This document shows positions 1 to 9,700 of a stretch of 20,000 nt of DNA, in pieces. Below the pieces are notes generated by a model. It was not told where the DNA came from. It ran no database searches and saw only the letters and a program-made list of their open reading frames with translations. The translations under genes and the position numbers were made by a program. The DNA lies in contig JAWLHB010000045.1 in the NCBI GenBank assembly GCA_041690595.1, positions 50,184 through 70,183 on the forward strand. Reading direction: 5' to 3'. The stretch's first letter is position 1, and every line of letters begins with the position of its first letter. Source of the stretch: Lentisphaeria bacterium (GTDB lineage Bacteria > Verrucomicrobiota > Lentisphaeria > JABSQK01 > JAWLHB01).

Positions 1-260
1 GGCAGCAGGTCGGGGCTTTCCGGCAGGGAGACGCCGTTCGCCCAGACGCCGTGCGCGCGACTATACTGGCCGGTGATCCAGCAGGAGCGAGCCGGCGTGC
101 AGACGGGCGCCTGGGCAATGGCATTGGTGTAACGCAGCCCCTGATGGGCGAGACGGTCAAGGTTCGGGGTCGGAACAGCGGTGAGTCCGGCGCAGCCAAG
201 TGCCGTCGCCCGATGCTGGTCGGTGGTGATGAAGAGAATGTGTGGAGCTCTATCGTTCAT
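1..260 (-). CDS. Sulfatase (Cys-type, formylglycine-dependent), N-terminal part; continues beyond the window
   Basis: Not in the ORF track. Manual translation from ATG at 260: MNDRAPHILFITTDQHRATALGCAGLTAVPTPNLDRLAHQGLRYTNAIAQAPVCTPARSCWITGQYSRAHGVWANG. It contains the metal-binding xTDQ motif, TPNLDRLA and the CxPxR signature (CTPAR) followed by TG. One base separates its ATG from the upstream stop codon. No signal peptide is evident. Confidence 0.95.
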   Translation of the reverse strand, partial: MNDRAPHILFITTDQHRATALGCAGLTAVPTPNLDRLAHQGLRYTNAIAQAPVCTPARSCWITGQYSRAHGVWANGVSLPESPDLL

Positions 261-261
261 T

Positions 262-1329
262 CTACAGCTCCTCGATCCCGACATAGTCGATCATCAGATC
301 ATCAATGACAAAATCGGCCTCGCTCTTACCTATATGCATCGCTGCCGCGGCGCCGAATGCGCTGGCATCGACGCAGGGCTTCACGTAGGTGACCGTCTTC
401 CATTCGTCAGGTGAAAGCTCGACAAAGTGGCCCGCGCCGTACGCCCAGGTCCGCTCCCCTCGCATCCACCACAGACCCGCGGCTACGGAACCGGATCCCT
501 TGGCTCGATAGGAAAAGCGGAGCCACGTATTGTCGAAAGGCAGGTCGGGAAGTCGAAAATGTGGGAAAGGATAACCGTCGGCTTTCTTCACCAGCCGCAG
601 GACGTGGTTGCCATCCGGTTCGACCTCGACGCTTGCCGTTACCATGGCGCCTGCATGGCCGAAATAGCCTTGGTGGCTTGCAGACGGGAAGGGGCCGGGC
701 TCGAGGGTCTCGAAGTCGCTGACGGGCAGCAACGTCTCGGGTTTGGTTTTCAGCAGGACGGAATTGCCGTCCATGGTGCCAATCTCCCTGATTGCCAGGT
801 CGCGCATAAGGAGCTTTGGCCCGGAGTGTACCGGCTTTCCCTGGCCGCTGATGCCGATCCAGAGGAGCATGGCATCGGCTTCCGGCGGGGCCGCGAAATC
901 CTGGGAGATACGCGTCAGGCGCGTATCGAAGTTCGGGAAGGAAAGAATCGTGTCGAAGCGCGTCGGTTCGCCATGGTGTAGCCAGGTTGCACAGAAGAGG
1001 CTGCTGTAGGTTCCGGCACATGTCGTGACCCGGAAATCAAGAACGTAGCGCGCCAGGGCTTTGATGGGAAAGGGGCCGACTCCCACGTACCGGTAGTTGG
1101 TACGCGGGTCTTCCTTGGGAATCTCGAGGATCCACAGACCGTTCTCCTGGCGGATGCCGCGGCTGTAGGCGAGAAACTCGTTGTTTGTCGACGGGTCGGT
1201 ATTCGCCGGCTGCCCCGGCATCACCTCTTCACGGCCCTGCCCCCAGTGGAAAAGGTTCGACTCCTCCGCTGCCAACGTGGTAAATGCCAGCGAAAGGAGT
1301 GCCACCGAAAAAATCAGAATGTGGAACAT
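262..1329 (-). CDS. Secreted hypothetical protein, probably two carbohydrate-binding-module-like beta-sandwich domains
   Basis: 355 aa with a hydrophobic signal peptide (MFHILIFSVALLSLAFTTLAA). The two halves end in similar strands (LLMRDLAIRE, FVIDDLMIDY). Patterns YVLDFRV...FAAPPEA and LRFSYRAKGSG...LSPDEWKTVTY resemble CBM4/9-like domains. Tightly packed in the operon. Confidence 0.7.
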   Translation of the reverse strand: MFHILIFSVALLSLAFTTLAAEESNLFHWGQGREEVMPGQPANTDPSTNNEFLAYSRGIRQENGLWILEIPKEDPRTNYRYVGVGPFPIKALARYVLDFRVTTCAGTYSSLFCATWLHHGEPTRFDTILSFPNFDTRLTRISQDFAAPPEADAMLLWIGISGQGKPVHSGPKLLMRDLAIREIGTMDGNSVLLKTKPETLLPVSDFETLEPGPFPSASHQGYFGHAGAMVTASVEVEPDGNHVLRLVKKADGYPFPHFRLPDLPFDNTWLRFSYRAKGSGSVAAGLWWMRGERTWAYGAGHFVELSPDEWKTVTYVKPCVDASAFGAAAAMHIGKSEADFVIDDLMIDYVGIEEL

Positions 1330-1335
1330 GAAAAG

Positions 1336-4300
1336 TTAACCTATGATTCGGGTTTCATTCGCGCTTGTCCGTTTGACTCTGGCGCCGTTCTCGGCCATGG
1401 AGATCTCATCTCGGCCTTTACCGTTTTGCCACTCCAGCACGATCGAGGTGCGGTGGTGGACGGCTGGCGGTTGTGATCCGTTCGGCAGAGCCACCAGTAT
1501 GCCCAGCACGCCCCCCCGACCGGTTTTGTTTATGCGTACCGCCGAGAGCCGTTGGGCCAACCCATCGCAGGACCCACTTTGTGCCGCGGTTTCGCCGACG
1601 ATAAACTCTTCCCTGCGGAAGCGGTGATTCATGAAGCCGTTTCGCATGGCAGGGTTGCCATGGAAGCTGCCGGCGGCGCCCTGTGTACTGACGTAACTGA
1701 AAGTATCCCTGTCGATGTCCGATGCGCCGTCGATCCATAGCCAGAGATCCAGACCGTAGTCACCGACCATGCGCCATCCGTCGCCATCCCGGACGGCTTT
1801 GTCCGCCAGCGCCCAGACCGACCAACTCCAAGGCTCTTCGGTGTCGCCGACCGTGTCGCGCAGCAGGATGTACTCGGGAATCTCCGGGTCCCGCCCGGCG
1901 ACATGGAGGAAATCGCGACGCCAGCGAATGGGCTTCGCCAGGTGTTCGGTTTCCGCAATTACCGGCTGGCGGTCCGGGCGGGCGCGGGGCTGCAGGATCT
2001 TGATCGTCGTCTCCATGCCGATGTAATCGACCTCGTTGCCGAGTCTGACGACATGAGGATCGGCCATCGGCCAATCGTCGCTTTGGCGAATGCAGATGCG
2101 GTTGTGGCATTCCGCGGCGGCCACGCGTGGGGCATAACCGCTGGCGATGTCCGGGCAGAGGGGGACGCCGTTGGGAAACCAGGCGAACGATCCGTTGTCG
2201 GTGTGATAGTGCCCCCAGCAGAAGCTGCCGAACTTGGCCGCGAGGTAGCTTTCGCGCGGCGTGTTGAAGCTGCGACGGAGGATCGCGCCGAAGCCGGGAT
2301 AATGGCGGCTTTCCCCAGCGATCGGAAGGGGCTGGACCTCCGGTTGCGCCAGCAACAGCGGTTCGCGGAAGCCAAACTTCGCCCAGTCGAACTCGCCGAA
2401 CTGCTCGACGTAGGCCCATTGCAGATTGCTTGCCAGCTCAGGACAGCTTTCCCGCAGGTAGCGGATGCCCCACAGGAAAATGTCCGAGCGCAGTCCGAGC
2501 GAGATGTCACCGAGCCCGACCATGGCGCGACGGTTGTTGAAGCGGGGATCGGGCGGGGTCAGAAGATCGATGGCGAAGCGCGAGACGCTGGAGAGCGCCG
2601 CACTGGTGGTCAGGTCGCCGTGCCCGCCGTGGCGCAGGTTGACGGCCATGCGCCAGAGGAGGGTGAGTCCGAAGCACATATAGCTGGGATTCTCCGCCCA
2701 GGCGCCGTTCGGACCGACATTGCCGCGCTTTTCGTTTTCAGCGTCGGCCCAATGCTTCACGGGCGGGGGCAGAGGATCCTCGACGCGGAGGCAATGCTCC
2801 AACTCGGCCAGGGCCTCCCGCCCCCACTCTCTCGCTTCCGGAAGATCGCGCAGGACGCAGGAAGCCGCGGAGATGGCGAGGCTGTTGGCCATGATGAAGT
2901 TGTGAGTGCCGCGAAAATAGCCATCGCCCGTGCGCGGCCAGCGGTCGCGGTCGGCGAGGCAGCAGGCGAGGAAGACCGTCCGCCGGTAGAGACGCTGGCG
3001 CAAAGCAGGCGGCAGCTCGGCGCAGCTCATGACCCAGTCGAACCAGTCAAAAAGCTGCGTGCATTTCTGCGGGAACTCGAGCACGCTGAGCAGCCAACTG
3101 TCCCAGCCGTCGCCGCATAGCGCCGCCTGGATCAAGGCATCGTACTGGTCTGCCAGCATAAGTGCGAGGGCCGTGGCTTCCGGTAGCTTACCGGTGGCCA
3201 GGAACTGCTCCGGAGCAGTCTGATAGGCGGCGCCCTCGGGATTGTCGGCTCGCCATGTCTCGAGCGCGTTGTGCAACGCGGGGGTTTCCCGAATGCATCG
3301 GCGTATGTCCGGCCAGCGGTCGCGATCGAGGAAAATGCGTGGGTAGCTTTCAGCACGTTCGGGGGGCGTATCCAGCGGCCAGCGTCTGATCTTGTCCAAC
3401 GGGAGGTTATGGTGGTTGCGCAGGTATTGAGGGCGGGCGGTCGAGTGCGGGCTTTGCGGAAAGGCGTCAGTCGCCGTCCCGGCCCACAGGCCCCAGTGTC
3501 GCTCACCGGTTCGGATGGGGAGATGCAGACGAAGACGCCCGCTGTCGTCACGACAAAGCACCGGCTCGTTCTCATACGCGTTCCGCCACGCCGACGAGGT
3601 CAGCGCGAAGATGCCCAGATAGTGCTGCTTCCCCATTTCATGGATGCCAAACCAGGAGCCCTCCTGACCGGTCCAGCTGCTGAACGGGAAGAGCCAGGCT
3701 ACGTCGCGACCGGGCGCGACGTGGGCTGGGAAGGTGAAATGGTTGTCTGCCCCGCCCGGTTGCCCCGGCATGCTCTTGGGCATGTTGGCCGCGTGCAGAA
3801 CCTCAGGCGGATAGTTGCGCTGCTGATTGAGCCGCATATGTATGGAAGCCTTGTCGCCCGGCGCCATCAGCTCCCACGACCAGGCGGGGGCGGACCAGTA
3901 CTGCTCCACCACCCGATGGTGGGGCCAGCTCTCGGTGACGTAATCTGGGCTGACCAGCGTGGACCTCTCGCGCAGCAGGATTGTCTCGGCACCGAGCCAG
4001 GTAGAGACGATACACTCGCAGGTCGCACCGCCGACAAATGTGTAGGTCACACTGGCGCGAAGTTCCAGCGGCCCCGTGGCCAGTAACTCGGTCTGGATAC
4101 CCGTCACCTTGAGATCGCCGATCAGGCGGGAGTCACCCCCTAGCCTGGCACCCCGGCCGACAAACTCCGCGATCGGGCCCGGCACCTCTGTGGCGGCGCG
4201 CCCATCGGGATATGCTACGGAGTTCGGCAGTCGGACGCTGAGATTATCCGTACGGAGTACCAATCCGTCAGCGGTTTGCTCAGCCACGAGCAGCCCATAT

Positions 4301-4614
4301 CCACAGGAGACGGTCAGGTTGTCGGGCAGCTTGGCAACCAGCTCCAGTTCCAGCGTTTCGTTTGGCTGCAGCTCGACCAGAGCAATGGCATCCGCCTCGT
4401 GAATGCTCCCGTCGGGATGCCTCGAAACGATTTCCAGCTGGGCGGGCACCGCGACGGGGTTCATCGCCGCGTGCAGGTTGTCCAGTTGGTGAATCCACCA
4501 GGCGCGTGGGGTGGGAAAGTCGCCCTGAGTGAAGATGAATCGTTCCCGTACAAGCTGCCGGGGCCAATATTGCCCAACCGGCTCGGTGATTTTCAGTGTG
4601 TATGTTGCTGCCAT
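1336..4614 (-). CDS. Large heparinase II/III-like protein (candidate polysaccharide/oligosaccharide lyase)
   Basis: 1092 aa. Helical central region with GTHNF and GAWAENPSY, followed by GFGAILR...YLAAKFG..WGHYHTDNGSFAWFPNGVPLCPD...HN, which matches the H-x-H-x-D-x-x-S-F pattern of heparinase II/III C-terminal domains. No signal peptide seen. Confidence 0.7.
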   Translation of the reverse strand: MAATYTLKITEPVGQYWPRQLVRERFIFTQGDFPTPRAWWIHQLDNLHAAMNPVAVPAQLEIVSRHPDGSIHEADAIALVELQPNETLELELVAKLPDNLTVSCGYGLLVAEQTADGLVLRTDNLSVRLPNSVAYPDGRAATEVPGPIAEFVGRGARLGGDSRLIGDLKVTGIQTELLATGPLELRASVTYTFVGGATCECIVSTWLGAETILLRERSTLVSPDYVTESWPHHRVVEQYWSAPAWSWELMAPGDKASIHMRLNQQRNYPPEVLHAANMPKSMPGQPGGADNHFTFPAHVAPGRDVAWLFPFSSWTGQEGSWFGIHEMGKQHYLGIFALTSSAWRNAYENEPVLCRDDSGRLRLHLPIRTGERHWGLWAGTATDAFPQSPHSTARPQYLRNHHNLPLDKIRRWPLDTPPERAESYPRIFLDRDRWPDIRRCIRETPALHNALETWRADNPEGAAYQTAPEQFLATGKLPEATALALMLADQYDALIQAALCGDGWDSWLLSVLEFPQKCTQLFDWFDWVMSCAELPPALRQRLYRRTVFLACCLADRDRWPRTGDGYFRGTHNFIMANSLAISAASCVLRDLPEAREWGREALAELEHCLRVEDPLPPPVKHWADAENEKRGNVGPNGAWAENPSYMCFGLTLLWRMAVNLRHGGHGDLTTSAALSSVSRFAIDLLTPPDPRFNNRRAMVGLGDISLGLRSDIFLWGIRYLRESCPELASNLQWAYVEQFGEFDWAKFGFREPLLLAQPEVQPLPIAGESRHYPGFGAILRRSFNTPRESYLAAKFGSFCWGHYHTDNGSFAWFPNGVPLCPDIASGYAPRVAAAECHNRICIRQSDDWPMADPHVVRLGNEVDYIGMETTIKILQPRARPDRQPVIAETEHLAKPIRWRRDFLHVAGRDPEIPEYILLRDTVGDTEEPWSWSVWALADKAVRDGDGWRMVGDYGLDLWLWIDGASDIDRDTFSYVSTQGAAGSFHGNPAMRNGFMNHRFRREEFIVGETAAQSGSCDGLAQRLSAVRINKTGRGGVLGILVALPNGSQPPAVHHRTSIVLEWQNGKGRDEISMAENGARVKRTSANETRIIG

Positions 4615-4622
4615 GATTCCAA

Positions 4623-6764
4623 TTATCCGAGGTTAACGGTCGTGTGAACTGCGCTGGAGGCCAGGACGTCGGGTTGGCCCCCCCCGACGCTGATCTGGAA
4701 GTCTCCAGGTTCAATGAATGGTTTGCCCGCATCGTCGTAACAGGCGAACTGTATCGGCTTCAGTTCGAACGTCACCGTTCGTGTTTCACCCGCCTTCACA
4801 TGAATGCGCCGGAAACCTTCCAGATGATGCCGGGGGACGGGGACTGACGCCTCGATATCCTTGATGTAAAGCTGGACGACTTCGTCGCCGTCGCGGTCAC
4901 CCGTATTGGTGACGTCTATCGAGACTTCACATCGGCCGTCGGCGGCTTCCTCAACCGGGCCTGACACCCGAGCCTCGAAACCGGATACCTGCAGGTTGCT
5001 GTACTCGAACGTCGTATAGCTCAGCCCGAATCCGAAGCGATACTGGGGCTCCTCTTCCATGAATCGATAGGTGCGGCCCTTCATGTTGTAATCGTCGAAT
5101 GGCGGCAACTGATCCATGGATTTGACGAAGGTGCATGGCAGGCGGCCAGCGGGATTGTAGTCGCCGAAAATCACCTCGGCGATGGCGTTGCCGCCCTGCT
5201 CGCCGGGGTACCAGCCGAGCACGATGGCATCGGCATACGGCTCAACCTCGGATAGATCGACCGGGCTGCCGGTCAGCAGGACGAGGATAAGCGGCCTCTG
5301 CTTGGCACGGAGATATTTGAGCAAGTCAAGCTGTTTGCCCGGGAGGCCGATCTGAGTGCGGTCACCACCACCATCGGAGGCTGCGACGCCCTCTTCGCCT
5401 TCCAACTCGGTCGTATTTCCCAGCACCGCCACGATCGCTTCGCTGCTGCTCGTGATCTGCTCGTCGAGTTCGGCTATGTGCAAGGGATCATCCCGCCACA
5501 GATCGCAGCCCTTGTTGTAGTTGACCTGCGTACCGACGGAGAGGCGGGAGAGAATGCCCTCGAACGGCGTCACCGGGCGCGGAGAAAAGCCGTTGTAGTT
5601 GGCATACAGCGCCACATCGTTCTGCGCATTCGGTCCAGCCACGCTGATTTCCCGCACAGCCTTCGACAGCGGCAGCACACCGTCATTCTTAAGCAACACG
5701 ATCGACTCGCGGGCCATCCGCAAGGCCAGGTCAAGGTGCTCATGACAGCGGACCTTGCTGACGGGAATCGAGGCGTATGGCACCTTCTCTTCCGGGTCGA
5801 ACATGCCCAGGCGCAGGCGCGCCTCGAAAAGGCGCTTCACGGAGACGTCGAGTTCATCCTCGGTGATCAAGCCCTGCTCGACCGCCTCGATCAGCGCGCC
5901 GTAGGTCGACCCGCAGTTCAGATCACAACCGCTTTTCACCGCCATGGCAGCCGACTCCGCGGGTGTGTCGGTGAGCTTGTGGCAGAGATGGATGTCCCTG
6001 ATGGCGTTGCAGTCGGATACGAAATGGCCTTTGAAGCCCCAGTCGTCACGCAGGATCTTCTGGATCAGCGTTTTGGAGCCGCAGCAGGGTTCGCCAAGCA
6101 CCCGGTTGTAGGCGCCCATTACGGACCAGGCGCCGGCTTCCTGCACACACGCCCTGAAGTGCGGCAGGTAGGTTTCGTGGAGATCTCGCTGCGTCACCAC
6201 GGCGTTGAACGCGTGGCGGACGGGTTCCGGGCCGCTGTGCACGGCGTAGTGCTTGGGCGTTGCCACCACTTTGAGATACGTCGGATCGTCCCCCTGCAGT
6301 CCCTTGCAGAATGCCACCCCCAGGCGAGCGGTCAGGTACGGGTCCTCCCCGTAGGTCTCCTGGCCCCGCCCCCAGCGCGGATCGCGGAAGAGGTTGATGT
6401 TCGGCGACCAGTAGGTCAAACCGAAATAGATGCCCCGGTTGCCCTGCCTGACCGCCTGGTGATGCTTGGCCCTGGCTTCGTCAGAAATCGCGTTGGCGAC
6501 GTCGTGCATCAGCGGTTCGTCAAAGGCCGCCGCCATACCGATAGCTTGCGGGAACACGGTGGCCTGTCCGGCCCTGGCGACGCCGTGAAGGCATTCGTTC
6601 CACCAGGTGTATGCCGGCACGCCTAGCCGAGAAATCGCGGGTGCCGCATGCATCATCTGCGCGACTTTTTCGCGCAGGCTCATCGCCTGGACCAACGCAT
6701 TCACGCGCCGCTCGACGGTGAAGTCAGGATTGTACCACGGATGCTCCGTTTTCATCTCAGGCAT
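4623..6764 (-). CDS. Glycoside hydrolase family 3 (beta-xylosidase/beta-glucosidase) with C-terminal Fn3-like domain
   Basis: Motifs WWNECLHG, FPQAIG, WSPNINLFRDPRWGRGQETYGEDP, KHYAVH, nucleophile region FVSDC, LEGEE, FGFGLSYTTF, GDEVVQLY. AAGGA RBS upstream. No signal peptide. Confidence 0.96.
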   Translation of the reverse strand: MPEMKTEHPWYNPDFTVERRVNALVQAMSLREKVAQMMHAAPAISRLGVPAYTWWNECLHGVARAGQATVFPQAIGMAAAFDEPLMHDVANAISDEARAKHHQAVRQGNRGIYFGLTYWSPNINLFRDPRWGRGQETYGEDPYLTARLGVAFCKGLQGDDPTYLKVVATPKHYAVHSGPEPVRHAFNAVVTQRDLHETYLPHFRACVQEAGAWSVMGAYNRVLGEPCCGSKTLIQKILRDDWGFKGHFVSDCNAIRDIHLCHKLTDTPAESAAMAVKSGCDLNCGSTYGALIEAVEQGLITEDELDVSVKRLFEARLRLGMFDPEEKVPYASIPVSKVRCHEHLDLALRMARESIVLLKNDGVLPLSKAVREISVAGPNAQNDVALYANYNGFSPRPVTPFEGILSRLSVGTQVNYNKGCDLWRDDPLHIAELDEQITSSSEAIVAVLGNTTELEGEEGVAASDGGGDRTQIGLPGKQLDLLKYLRAKQRPLILVLLTGSPVDLSEVEPYADAIVLGWYPGEQGGNAIAEVIFGDYNPAGRLPCTFVKSMDQLPPFDDYNMKGRTYRFMEEEPQYRFGFGLSYTTFEYSNLQVSGFEARVSGPVEEAADGRCEVSIDVTNTGDRDGDEVVQLYIKDIEASVPVPRHHLEGFRRIHVKAGETRTVTFELKPIQFACYDDAGKPFIEPGDFQISVGGGQPDVLASSAVHTTVNLG

Positions 6765-6780
6765 TTCATCTTCCTTATCA

Positions 6781-9700
6781 TCATTTCTCGTTTACCTTGA
6801 AATCAACCGAGCTTCTGGGCGCGACCGTGACCGTGTGTGCCCCATCTTCGAGGATCGCGAACGCCGGCGCCGGTGCGAGGATCGCGGTGATCTCCCGGTC
6901 GGTCGGATTGTGAGCTTCCACCATCCATACGCCCGTGGGTTCGCCGCGATCGTCGGTCTCTCGGACGGTTGTGATGTGCAGTTCCGAATAGTCGGTCGTC
7001 AGAAGATTGCCGACGACCAGTTCCGTACCTTTCAGCGTCGCGGGTACCTGGCAGAACGCCTTCTTATCATACACGCCGACGGGTCGGATCAGCCCCTGGT
7101 CTTTGCGGTACAGGAAGGCGGAAGCGTTGGGATTCACCCCATCGACGATGATCGGCTGCATGTTGGTGTCGAAGGCAGCTTCTTTCAGCAGAATGGCCGC
7201 CGCACCATTCTCAGCCTTCACGTGCAGTTCGCACAGAGGCAGACCGTCCAGTTGCCCGGTCTTCAATGCGAACCACTCGGGTTTCAATACCTGTTCCACG
7301 TCGACGGCCCGGTCGATGCGCTGGAATCGCCAGGTGAAGGTCTCGCCCGCGCGATTGCGGTCGCCAACATGCACCCCGGACTCGACCACCGCGTGATCGT
7401 CCTCCCACGCGACGCGAAAGGCCAGATCGTCGCCCTGCCACTGGATACTCTCGCCACGTTCGGTCGATTGCATGGTCAATACGCTTCCGGACGGGATCGG
7501 TATCATGGTCGATTCAGTATCTTTATTCACCGTGCCACGAATCACGCCGCCACCTGGCTCGATCAAGGCATACTCGACCGCTTCGGGCGCCTGGGATTCG
7601 ATCACGGTCTTGGCGAAGAAGCCGTTTGCATCGAGTTCCAGCGGTTTCTTGAGCGTCAGTTCGTGCTCGAAAACGTGGAGCTCGGCAGGCTGCGGCCCTT
7701 CCTTCATGTCGGCGGTCGCCTCGCCAAAGCCGTCCCAGTAGACCTTCTGCGTGTGGTGGCTCTTGTGGGACACGCCCTGACCGTGACGGTTGTAGTATTC
7801 GTAGCCGCGCTGCTCGAGGGTGTAGTCGTCGCGCTCGTGGTGCGGCGCCCAGTTGTGCCAGCCGTGCTGGTCGGTCAGTTCATCCCAATGGTATACCCAA
7901 TCGGTCCTGTACCGTTCTATGAGCACATCCGGACTGACCAGATCCACGAAGAAGCGGCGGACTTCGTCGCGCGGGGTGCGATTCGCCCGCAACGCCTTGT
8001 CGTCAATCCTGCCGCGTTTCAACCGGATATGCCGATAGGTCGGGCCGCCGTGAATAGGGCTGTAGATGCTCAGCGGTACATTGACGCGATCGCCACAGTA
8101 GTTGTAAAGCCTCTGCTGCTGCTCCATCCAGATCTCATTGCTTACCGCTCGATGGCCGTTCTTGTCGGTGACGACGGCGGCAAGGTGACGGTTTTGGTCT
8201 TGCAACAGGTCGAAGTCGACCGTGAAATCGGTCGCGCCCTTCGGATCGAAACGGCGGATGAGGGTTTCCCCGTCATAGATGGTGATGTCTGCAAGTCCCG
8301 CCTCGCTTTCGGCGTCCAGTCGCACCTTCAACCGGTACCAACTGTCCATGAACCAGTCCCTGGTCTCGATGCCTTGATGGCGCTCGATCCAGTAGCGTGG
8401 GAATTCAATCCCCATCCAGCGATAGCCACCGCGGAACAGCAATCGCAGCTTCGGCCCCTGGGTGGCCACCGGTCCGACCCATGAGCGATAAACCTGGCGA
8501 TCGGGAACCTCAGGATCACTGACGACAAAACGCTTGAATACACGTTCGAGCGTGGCTTGTTCGGGCATCCGCGGATCGTTGTCCGCGGAGGTTACCAGGA
8601 ACGGGCGTCCGTTCTTCGCGGCGCCATCCAGTTCTTCCGGGCTGAACATCAGATCAAGCGCGTAGGGCCTGGGATTCACGTGGAGCGAGTTGGCGTGCAG
8701 GAGCTTGTCGAGGGCATCGTCAAGCGGTTTACCCCTCTCGTAGCTCCAGACGGTAAACATGTTGTAAAGCTTGTAGTCCCAGAAGGGCGCCTGGTTGGAT
8801 TCATGGTCGAAGTAGCCGGTGCACTTCTGTTCGAGCCAGAGCTGAATCTGACCGCTCTTATGGTCGGTAGCGCCGTGGCCTTTCTGCGGCGACCAGCCGC
8901 GGTCCACGTTGATTTGTTTGCCGTCGTCGGTGAGATAGGCACCTGAGATCCAAGGCCGTTTGTTGCCCCAGGGCAAAAAGCCGCGGTTGCCGCTGGCGTT
9001 CTGATATTCGAGCCCGGCGCAGGCGATGAAATTTTCGTCCGACGCTGCCAGGCAATCGGCTTGCAGGCTCTCCCACTTTTCCTGGTTCATGTGGACCAGA
9101 TCCTCGGCGAAGATCAGGAAATCGAAGCCGTTTCGCTTGGCGGCTTCCACCCATTCGGCGACGGTGCCGGTGCCGGTCGAGTAGGTGGTGTGGGCGCCGC
9201 AGACGCCGCGGTAGTAGCCGGTGGGCTTGCCCGGGAAGTCCATCTGATCCCAGGCGACGGTGGGGGTGTCGCGCGCGATTGGCGGCCGCTTGGCGATGTC
9301 GGGGCCGTAAAGACCCGCGTCGAGGGACGGTTGCGCCAGCCATGCGTAGGTGTTTTCCAGCAGCTTCCAGAAATCGCTGGGTACGCCCTTTTCCCCCTTT
9401 TTCATGACCACTTCGCCCAGCGGAGGATAGTAGGGGGTCCAGACGATCCACTGGGGCGCGACGCCGAGCACGGCCATCCGACCGGCATCGACCTGGCGAA
9501 CCGACAGCAGTGAGTACGGGCCGTCCGGCCGCTTGTCGCGCCAAAGCCGCTGCGGCACCTGCTTGGCTATCTGCAACTCCGCGGTCGGGGCGGTCTCGAC
9601 CAGCGATTGCCACTGGTGGCTGGTGTTCACCGGCGTTGCCGCCGCTTGAGCATGCCCGCCCCAGCCGACTGGATACCAGATAGCCTCGACGCCGCGGGTC

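Noticed and set aside
51..414. Plus-strand ORFs 51..308 and 181..414
   Set aside because: Shadows of the minus-strand sulfatase and of the upstream gene's 3' end.
6607..8484. 625-aa plus-strand ORF and similar ORFs (1903..3120, 5478..6626, 10543..11325)
   Set aside because: They lie antisense to well-supported minus-strand genes and have no recognisable motifs.
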